Of a stretch of 64,000 nt of DNA, positions 55,401 through 64,000 are shown in pieces. The stretch is from the NCBI GenBank assembly GCA_000320545.1, contig ADNK01000343.1:1-64000 (forward strand). Direction: 5' to 3'. Positions within the stretch are counted from its first letter, which is position 1; each line of letters starts with the position of its first letter. The stretch is from Bigelowiella natans CCMP2755. Lineage: Eukaryota > Protista > Cercozoa. The translations under genes and the position numbers were made by a program. Below the pieces are notes generated by a model. That model was given only the letters and a program-made list of their open reading frames with translations, was not told the origin of the DNA and did no database searches.

Positions 55401-56148
55401 ATTGAAAGTAGTAATGATCGATGTACTTTATCAGTTTTTGATAATCTACTTTCCTTTCAATACAAACTAACCCTCTAATATTTAATGTTGCGTGATTGCA
55501 GGTAATTCCTTGCCATCTTTTGTCATTGTTTACTTGGAATGAGCTCGAAGCGATGGTTTGCGGTCGGGGTATGTCTTTGCGTGAGGTTGACTTACTCGAG
55601 AAGATGACCAGCTATTCTGGACATCGGAAGACTGACCCACACATCATCAACTTCTGGAAAATGCTTCGTAGCAGATTCGATGAAGAGGAGCGCGCCAAGT
55701 TTTTGACATTTGTGTGGGGTCGATCTCGACTTCCAACGTCAGCCGCGGATTTCTCTTCTCGATTTACGCTTTCAGGCCATAGTAGATCGCGATCGAATCC
55801 GGATATGTGGCTGCCGATAGCGCACACGTGTGGATTCTCCATGGAATTTCCAAAATATTCGAACATTGACATCATGACTAAAAAGGTAATAACAGACATT
55901 CGAAACTTAACATAACCTTGAGCGAAATAAAATATAAATTATGATGATCCAGATCAAATGGGCTATGAACAATTGCACAACAACTGATGCTGATGGATCC
56001 ATTCGGAGCGGTAATAAATGAATAAACTGGTTCATATTTGTACGAGGAGTATCATGATTTATTGTATTGTTTATCTTGCAAAGGTGGTACGGTGATTGGA
56101 CTTTCATCTGGTGAAGACGACAGTGCTATGATCAGTTTATGGAGTTAG
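16955..56148 (+). CDS. Giant HERC/HECTD-like E3 ubiquitin ligase: LamG, 3x SPRY, galactose-binding-like, RCC1 repeats, SAM-like, UBA-like and F-type-lectin-like domains, C-terminal HECT
   Basis: HECT motifs: VADAGGPYRD, LPLFMKCPNG, LFTWNELEAMVCG, RAKFLTFVWGRSRLP, catalytic LPIAHTCGFSMEFPKY. RCC1 repeats at ~42000-42980 (VAVGKNHTLVLTVSGRVFGFGQNSYGQLG). SPRY at ~38130-38530, ~45400-46000 and ~51830-52290. FDFG..PTHYVLRH..LNGWVLEG at ~39950-40290. NPWWQVDLG at ~52870. Micro-exons from 16955 (MEPEDPGLSRVPLRE) onward appear to lead into the large exons. The 3' half is certain; continuity of the 5' half is inferred. Confidence 0.8.
18000..36730. repeat. Dense simple-sequence repeats filling introns: (TA)n, (CA)n, (GA)n, (TAG/CTA)n, (GAT/CAT)n, (AAT)n, (GAA)n
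   Basis: Directly visible, e.g. 18012-18097, 19483-19569, 22085-22114, 32217-32278, 35694-35735. Confidence 0.95.
21126..24170 (+). other. LamG/concanavalin-A-like domain encoded by ~9 micro-exons within the giant gene
   Basis: Exon translations: EVPVTDGLVGYFDGD, RDKSGRGNHG, TGVVFNNSIP, RYSGTANCRRTLQS, RDRNWSLGKWNG, LNGQTKAQF, PGRLAFNHGGIYSSEYSFA, HIGLLLTYNRALTDEEMNQ. The D.SG.GNHG and YNRAL motifs are typical of LamG-like folds. Confidence 0.7.
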
Positions 56149-56329
56149 ACCTGCGCGATCGTTTGAATCGATCGTGGGCATGTGTAATTGTGTTATTTTG
56201 AATCTTGTGACTCTGTTGTCTGGTTTTGTGGCAAACTCAAGTTATTTTTGCAGTGATTTGAGCGTGTGATAGTGTTTTACGGATACTGCATCAGGACTGA
56301 GGATTGTAATACAATACCACACATGTGAA

Positions 56330-57900
56330 TCGTATTACAAGACGGTTGTGATGCATAATGTGCGACCAAAGTTTTGCTAGTTTAACTCACATTGCTCAAC
56401 ATCATTGTGATCACATGTACGTTAGCATTGTGCATTGCTCATTGCAGGCGCATTCGATCAGTCATCTAGTAACGTGTGCTACGTATCCAGCGCCACATTG
56501 TGTTGTGCATGTTAGCATGCCTAGATGTGTTGGCTCTACACCACTCTAGCACTAGCTTGCGGTCATGTTCAGTTAGCTCCCATGATGCATCGCATCAAGA
56601 TAATAGACACAGCAGCATGACAATATGACATTGCATGTCTATCATCAAGCACATCTACGTACGCTGCAGACATGTGCATATATAACAATGGACATACAAC
56701 TTGCTGTGGAGTTGCATGCATTGCTAGATCATGCATGCTCTACATTGTCACATTGTTACACGCACGGTGATGTGAGAAGGATGAAATGAATGGTTGCATT
56801 GAATTTGTCAATTCCAGAATTGTCGTTTCACTAACGTGTCTGTCGAGCTAGCTGTGCAAAGCTGCGGCTATCTAGCTACATCTAGCCACAGCGCACATAT
56901 CATGTCTGTCAGTTTCTGCGATTGATCAGAAACCCACCATGTGTTGCAACATGCATGTTGCGATGTGCATGCATTGCGCAGCATGCACCACACATGCTCA
57001 TGCACAAACAACAATGTGCATGCAATGCTAGAATGTGTGCCACATCTAGATGTCTAGATGTGTAGCTAGATGCATGTGTGTGCGCTAGTGCGTGTTGATG
57101 TGCATTTTGCAGTGGCATGCAGTCAATGGGCACTTGTGGACAACGCACCCATGCACATGCTAGCATGACTGTCTCCAGGTCTAGCTGTGAATCCATTGCT
57201 AGCTAGCTAGCTAGATTGCTCTGATGTTGTCGAGTGCGTCGCATCATGCACGTCGACGTGACACGTGTATCTGTCTAGCTGTCCTGCAACAATCTGTGAC
57301 TTCTGATCAATCAATGCCCTACATCTAGACATGCACGGCTGTCTCAATGGACAGCTACAGTGTGCAGTACAAGCTCGTCGTGCATGTACACTTTGTCTGT
57401 CATGCTAGCATGACCATTGAAAAGATTTGATCACTTCATCACTTTATTTATTCATCACATCCATCCCACACTTTGTCCATCACAGTTGGTCCGCACATAG
57501 GTCATGCTAGCATGCTAGCATGCGCAATGGACATGATCACAAATCACTGATGCAAATTCTAGAATCATGCTAGCATGCTAGTGTGCATGGTTGAAACACA
57601 TGAGTCTACATGAGACGGATGTGATGAAGGCTAGCTAGCTAGATCGAAGGCATCAAATTTGTTCAATCGTCCCCCTAAAGTAGCTGTGCAAAGCAGCGGC
57701 TTCAGCGCTCATAGCATGTTGAATTTATTTGTCTCTGTTGTGTGCTTCAAGCATTTGTCTAGATGTTGCATGTGTGAGACGGATGCAATGAAATGTTTAA
57801 ATTTTTGCAATGGTCATCCTGATGTTGCATATGTAGCATCAACGTTGTGTTGCACAGTGCTCTCGCACGTGCTCATCCATATTTTGCACAAGGCGTTGAT
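56330..57900. other. Partly TpA-depleted, CTAG-rich intergenic island 4, between the convergent HECT and NFU 3' ends
   Basis: Dense CTAG, including (CTAG)4 at ~57199-57214, GCTAGCATGCTAGC and TGCATG/CACATG words. Non-CTAG TA is scarce in the core ~56900-57260. Confidence 0.8.
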
Positions 57901-58152
57901 TGTAAGCGCATCGTATTAGCAGCACAGTACTAGAGTAGCTAGCGAGCTTTGCTTTTATTACGTAGCTTAGGTAGAACAATGCACTACTCACTGAATGTAG
58001 GCGCGCCGCATGGTATTCGTATAGTCTTTCGCTACTATACAAATAACTAAAATGATTTTTTTATCTTGATCGCAGCTAGTGAGTGACGTTATAACCTATA
58101 TGGCGTGTCTGATGATCAAAGGCCGCACACAATGCATATGAACTTAGCCAAT

Positions 58153-60767
58153 TTATCCAGCTTCAGTGATAACTGAGGGTGATACACGTTCCACATGCTG
58201 AATTTGCCCTGGAAACCTGATATGGGAAATTTCATTACGCTGAATCATTCTTTAGTCTTTCATATCAACACCCACTGAACCTAAATTTTTATCACGAAAT
58301 GAATCAAGCTCACTGCTTTCACCTGTCTTTCAATGCTTGGCATATTCCTGTGAACATAACATCTGGCCCCTCGTATATTACAGTTGCTGTACCTAAAATA
58401 AAAAAGAAAAAAGATGCTTAGAATCTGTAGATAATAACAAAGAAGTTGAATACCATCCAATGCTGCCACACAATTGATATCGCCTCCAAATCTGTTAAAT
58501 TTATTTTTAGCTAATTGCTTTACATTTATCAACGAAAATCACCTATGCAGAGCCGGTTTAAATAAAGATAGGTGCTCGTTGACCTGTAGAAACAGAGGGT
58601 GAGAAATCATTGGCACACATTCATTAGGCGTTTACAAAGTGATGTTGTTATGCTACTACCGCTTCTAATGTTGCTGGGGCCGAGAACTGCACTTGGGTGA
58701 CCTGCAAACAAAATGGTGTCACTGCTCTCTTTCATGTCACTGATATATGACCTACTATTAACCTCTTTCAGCTGTGCTCTAAAGGCAGTTCTTAAAGCAT
58801 TTTCAATACCTGTTGAAAGGTATTTCGCATAAAATGTTGTAGAACATAGGCTTAAGTAGGTAGCTGTTGTTTGTGTATTATTCTGCTATCTGTTACGTAG
58901 GCTTACCTTGTTTCATAGTGATTGTCGACGAAGGACACGACGCACATGCTCCCTCGAGACGGAGTGCTATGGTTCCTTTGCAAACAATAAAACCCTAATT
59001 GAAATTAAGAACTCTTTCCAATAATTTGTAAAACGGATCATTTACATACCATCAGAGATAGAGACTACTTGAACATTTCCTCCATCCTGGATCAAGTAAG
59101 GACGCACCTTTTTTCCAAGTCACACATTTCCATAACAACAAGTAAGGACGTAAGATCTTTTTCCAAGTACTCACACGTTCTCCCATAACAACTGTATGTC
59201 AATAATGAGAGGATTAACATACCGTATCCAACACGTAGTTCACCTAAAATAATAATGTGCAAAATAGTTCACTAAGTAATTCACCGAACAGAACTATTAT
59301 TTCGAAATTGCCAGGATACGTTTTCCTCTGTCATCTCTTGCTCTTCAAAACCATTGCCTTGGATTGCCTTACAATGATCAAATAAATTTAGTAAAAGCGC
59401 ATTGTAAAACAGACTTGATGTACATTGATGGCTTCGATAGGAATATTCTCTGCTGAAGGGTCTTCGAGTTGAGCAAAAGGACCTTTAAGGAAAATATTAA
59501 CTTATATACTAGCCAAGAAATGTGCTTTTTGGCTTACTTATTACTGTCCCGTCCTCGTTTGTTGAAGGTAAGGAAGAAATTTCATATTTTGTAGATGCAG
59601 TCTTCGCCTCAGTCTTGACGTGGACACCTTTCATATCCCCTGAAATCATGGATGGAACACACACGTACGAAGGCATCATATTTTTTTCTATCCATTTTTT
59701 TATCATTACTGTCCATTATTATTCTGGGAGATCATAGAGGACTACCATTCCATTTCCAAGATTCTGCGCTATTTCCAGGTGGGACATTTGCGTACTTTGA
59801 TAAGTACTTTTCAACCTGTAAGCAAATCGTTGAAATTAACATATGGCAATGGTAATAAGACGATGAGAAAATATGAAATCATATTACTTTAGCCTTTTTA
59901 AGTTCTTCGTTTGGTAGCTTAACTGAAGCATGAATTTCCACCCTATCACAACGATACTGACAGTCTATAAATAAAGGATAGCTGGCTTACAGAGATGAAC
60001 TTGTTCTTTCGAGTACCGTTCCAACAGCTTTTCTATGAGAAATTAGAGATTCTTTCAAAGAATCACTGTATCCTACAAACCTACCCAATTTCGTAAGATG
60101 GGATGAGGCTTAAATGCATGCAACTCTCACCATATTCAAATGACTTACTGTGGCCTCGATTCCTTGTCAAATACGGTATAAACTGCATGCTGTACACCGT
60201 CGATATCTGCTCCCGAAATTTGATTGGATGTGACGCTTAGCATATAAATATATATAGTTAGTACAAACATATTTACCTAATTCCTCCAACCATTGCGAAA
60301 GGGGGGGCGTATTTTCATCATCTGTATTCTGATGGGAACAAGTCAAAGTTCACTTAAATGATGACAATGGTATTTTCAGAACTCACTGACTGATGGGACG
60401 GAAGGCATTTCAGGTGTCTCTAATGAATAAGTGTGTTGCTGCTGCCCAGTGCGTTTCGACCTGGATTTTCATAAGTTAATTTGGATGTGCCTTCAACTTT
60501 TTTCAGTATGAACTCATAGACTTACTTGTATGATGTTCTTGATACGTATGATGCAACACCTAAAGTCCTGAAGGGCCTCAATGGAACGGTAACACTGTGT
60601 GTGGTTCTTTGCATCGACGTTGACAATTCGGGAGTAGACAATACTGGAACCAGGAAAAATACTTCTGCGATGAGCACTATCAGAGAAAGACCTGCGGCAT
60701 ATTTTGAACTAATTTCCATCCTTGTTCCCCTGATCTCTGAGGGTGAAGAAGTCAATGTCACCACCAT
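58153..60767 (-). CDS. NFU1: Plastid-type NFU Fe-S carrier with an N-terminal GIY-YIG-like domain (algal NFU1 type) and bipartite targeting leader
   Basis: NifU_C domain: MTEENVNYVLDTVRPYLIQDGGNVQVVSISDGTIALRLEGACASCPSSTITMKQGIENAL, with CxxC. A second degenerate NFU domain lacks CxxC. Upstream exons read AVYTVFDKESRPQFVGYSDSLKESLISH and YANVPPGNSAESW (GIY-YIG-like). The first exon has a signal peptide (AAGLSLIVLIAEVFFLVPVLS) and an S/T/R-rich transit-like region. Confidence 0.88.
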
Positions 60768-60795
60768 TACAACCCGGAAGGGGGGGTATCCTGGT

Positions 60796-61090
60796 AGTCA
60801 ATGATGATGATGATGATGATAGACGAACCGATTACTACTTCCTGTTGCGAGAACAATGAAATAACAACAACAACAATAACAACAACTGAGAAGTCAATGA
60901 TGATGATGATGATGGACGAACCGATTACTACTTCCTGTTGCGAGAATAATGAAATAACAACAACAACAATAACAACAACTGAGAAGTCAATGATGATGAT
61001 GATGATGGACGAACCGATTACTGGATGTACTTCCCGTTGTGAGAATAATGAAATAACAACAACAACAACAACAACAACAACAACTAGAAA
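60796..61090. repeat. ~93-97-bp tandem repeat x3 in the divergent intergenic region between NFU1 and the DRAM-like gene
   Basis: Unit AGTCA(ATG)n..GACGAACCGATTACTACTTCCTGTTGCGAGAAYAATGAAAT(AAC)n..TGAGA, three copies. Confidence 0.92.
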
Positions 61091-61201
61091 AACAATTTGA
61101 TTTGAACTAAACGACAACGCAACACAATTAGTTGGACAGATTTCTCTTCACGTTTCTTCTTGCACATCAATCAATGTTGTCATTGTTGTCGTCATTTGGC
61201 T

Positions 61202-61233
<32 letters not shown>

Positions 61234-61437
61234 GGCAAAACTACTACTACTACTAACTGAGAAAAGCACAAGAAACAGTGCAGCAGACTTACTTTCGTAA
61301 AATGTCCGTTATGATGAGAGAACATCATCCACTGTGAACTAACTAACACAGACTCCTAGGAAACTACTACCACTTCCTACTACTACGGGTCGCATCATCA
61401 TTGTTCATTTCTTTTCAAAGACCAAACGATGATTCAG

Positions 61438-63214
61438 ATGGGGGGGTACGGGTCCACTCACAACGGACCTCTTGTCCTCCCCATGTGGCTTGTTACCGCC
61501 TACACTGGGTTACTAACTTTCCTTAATATGTTTCTTTGCCTGAACAACTGAGTGATAAAGTCTACTTGGTGTCAGGTGCTTTGTTGGAACCGTCATTCTG
61601 ACATACATGGCGGCCATGTTCACGAGAAATATTATCGATTTTCTTCCTTTACTATGTGAGACGGGGAGTGAGCAACCAGCCTATGCAATATTCTCAGTAG
61701 GAATGACCGTGTCAGCGGCCTTTTACGCGGTTCGTGTTTTTGCTGTGCCTGTGTGTGATTTCAGTTTGCCAACCTGAAAAAATACATATACATAAGGTTG
61801 TCGTCTGGGTTCTTTACAATACGTGGAATGAGGCCTGTACTGGCCTTACAACTTGGGCGTTAAATCTCACTGCATTGGTGTCTCATCCATGATCTGAAAT
61901 TGCTTCAGTCCTCATAACAAATATATTCTGGATTTAATTGCAGGTATGCGGGTTTGCTTCAGCGGTTGGGCTCGTATTCATGGCTTGTTTTAGGTTTTCT
62001 GGCATCGTTGTTAGCTCATACAAGATGTTCATTCATATATTCACTTTCGATTGTCGCGGCCTTGTAATGCCTTAATCCTCTTTGATCATCTACATCAGTA
62101 TTCGCGGAAGATACCGAAAAAAGCACAACACGGCAGTTAGCTTATATTTATTTGGATCTCTCAGTCATGCCATCATTATATCATGTAAACTAACTAACTT
62201 CTTGAAACATGTTAGATACAAGCAATTATTTGACATGTTGCTTAACGCTTCCTGTCAGGTTTATCATGTATGCTCAGTTATTCAAATGTAAGTCTGTCTA
62301 CTCGACGGTGGAGATGGATAGTTACAGCTGCAGCTCTGTCATGTAATAAACTACCATTCAATTTGGTGATGATGACGATAAATCTCTTTAGCTCATTTCT
62401 TTCACTCACTTGGTGCACTTTCTAGAGTAGAAATCTTATTGTGTGATGATACAGGTGTCTTTGCAATGTGGATAGTTCGTAAGATCTATGTAAGGTGATG
62501 TTGAAGATGCTTTGCAATGTGGATAGTTCGTAAGATCTATGTAAGGTGATGCTGTAGGTGTGGATAGTTTGTAAGATCTATGTAAGGTGATGTTGTAGAT
62601 GCCTTTTTATGATCCATGGTGTTCATTCGTATTCTATTTCTGTCCAACAAAAGGGCGGTGAGAAGGCAGCAACCAATTTACAAGAACTTATTCAATGGTC
62701 AGTCGTAGCAATGAGCCATGTAATATGTAGTGGTCTCAATGATAATTTACAATTTCCTAGTTCTTGCTATTTATGTTTAACCTTGCCACTGTTCGAATGC
62801 GTCTCAGGACGACCTGTATCTCGGGTGATATCAAGTGAGGGTGATTTGATGGGCGATTTGGAGTACGATGGACATGATGATAATGCATTGATGCAACCCA
62901 CAGATTCTGTCAAGGTATGACAATTTTAGATTATGAGTGTGATGTTCGTTAATACGTTCGTCGTTATCCCTGCTTTAAATGAATCATTTTTATTTCTAAT
63001 TTTTAGGAATCCGAAGAAGCTGAAAGATATGCCATTTTCATGTAACATTTTACCTAAGAGCATATATTTTGCATTCAGTTCCATGGTTTCCGAATAACAC
63101 TTCCTAACTTACTTTTGTTTCAAATTATTTTGCAGAAAACGGGTTTGGGCTGGGATTCAATATTGTTCAGTGGTCTGCTTGTTGTGTTTTCAATTGTCCC
63201 TCACAGTGCATTGA
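61438..63214 (+). CDS. Multi-pass membrane protein, Frag1/DRAM/Sfk1 (TMEM150)-like
   Basis: Spliced reading: MGGYGSTHNGPLVLPMWLVTAYTG|CFVGTVILTYMAAMFTRNIIDFLPLL.., GMTVSAAFYA, VCGFASAVGLVFMACF, and last exon KRVWAGIQYCSVVCLLCFQLSLTVH*. The TM spacing and motifs resemble the DRAM family. Internal exon structure is not fully resolved. Confidence 0.55.
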
Positions 63215-63258
63215 CAACATTGGATCCGTCTGAAATTGCTGGGCGATTAGTTGCGTAG

Positions 63259-64000
63259 ATTCCTCCCTGAGCCTGCCATCGACAAATGCAAGTCGCAAAG
63301 GACATTTTTCGGTTGCAAACGCATGGATCATCTTCAACGCAGATGAATCGTGTGAAATTGCAGCCCGTTCCATGTGCCCCGTGATGCAATGCACTGAGCG
63401 CAGAGGAATCTTTTCCGCGTGCAGCCAGTTGTGCAGCACTCTGTTCGTGTGTGCGCACTGTCATTTTGTTGTGGGTTGCTGCAACGCTTGGGCATCATTG
63501 GAACACATCAACGCATGCGATTCCTTTCATCACAACACGTCTAGACGTGCATCCAAAGGCATGCCGCGATTGAGGACGTGCAACCTGCTTTGCGCCCGAC
63601 CATGAACAAACGTGCACGTTTTCATCCGCACCAATGTGCACCTTGATCTGCGCACGCAAGCGATGTTGTCAGTCTGTTGAAAACTGTGGCAGCGCTTGCA
63701 CATTGCAAAGTGCAACACGCACGCAATGCACGTCTTTCATCCTGCACAAAGTGTGCACAACAAAGTGTCAAGCCCGTCAACCACGCGCGCAAAACACAGG
63801 TGACAGGTTCCAACACAATGACATTGCAGGAAATTTTGATTTGGGATTTGGGATCATGTTTTGGGATCAGGTTTTGCGATCAGGTTTTCGGATCAGGATT
63901 TGGGATCAGGTTTTGAAATCAGGTTTTGAAATCAGGGTTGGGGTTGGGGTTGGATCTCAGGGTCAGGGTCAGGGTCAGGGATCATGGTTGGGGTTGGGGT
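63259..64000. other. TpA-depleted intergenic island 5
   Basis: About 740 bp with a single TA, which lies in CTAG at 63541-63544. Confidence 0.92.
63838..64000 (+). repeat. Degenerate telomere-like array: ~13-bp GGGATCAGGTTTT units, then TCAGGG/TTGGGG hexamers
   Basis: Reads tcaggg ttgggg ttgggg ttgga tc tcaggg tcaggg tcaggg tcaggg atcatgg ttgggg ttgggg t. No intact TTAGGG unit remains. Runs off the window edge. Confidence 0.8.

Noticed and set aside
60796-61100. CRISPR-like array or 99-aa repeat protein
   Set aside because: Units are head-to-tail with no unique spacers, there are no cas genes and the context is eukaryotic. The ORF is a repeat translation.

Overview
Eukaryotic nuclear DNA from an intron-rich, microsatellite-rich protist. 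Bipartite signal+transit leaders and a green-algal-type NFU1 suggest an alga with a secondary plastid, such as a chlorarachniophyte; this is inference. About eight spliced genes can be read by eye: a putative plastid-targeted protein (-), a GPCR-PIP kinase fusion (-), C1D/Rrp47 (+), a hypothetical gene (-), an intronless CFAP73/CCDC42-like gene (+), a ~39-kb HECT E3 ligase with LamG/SPRY/RCC1/lectin modules (+), a GIY-YIG-NFU fusion (-) and a DRAM/Frag1-like membrane protein (+). The most unusual signal is non-coding. Five intergenic blocks, each starting just past a gene's 3' end, have lost TpA dinucleotides (three almost completely, two partly) except inside CTAG, and are rich in TpG/CpA. 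At the right edge, a telomere-like array survives only as TCAGGG and TTGGGG, the two TA>CA and TA>TG derivatives of TTAGGG. This points to a region-targeted TpA A-to-G hypermutation process ('reverse RIP') that spares CTAG. Exon boundaries and counts were made by eye and are approximate.
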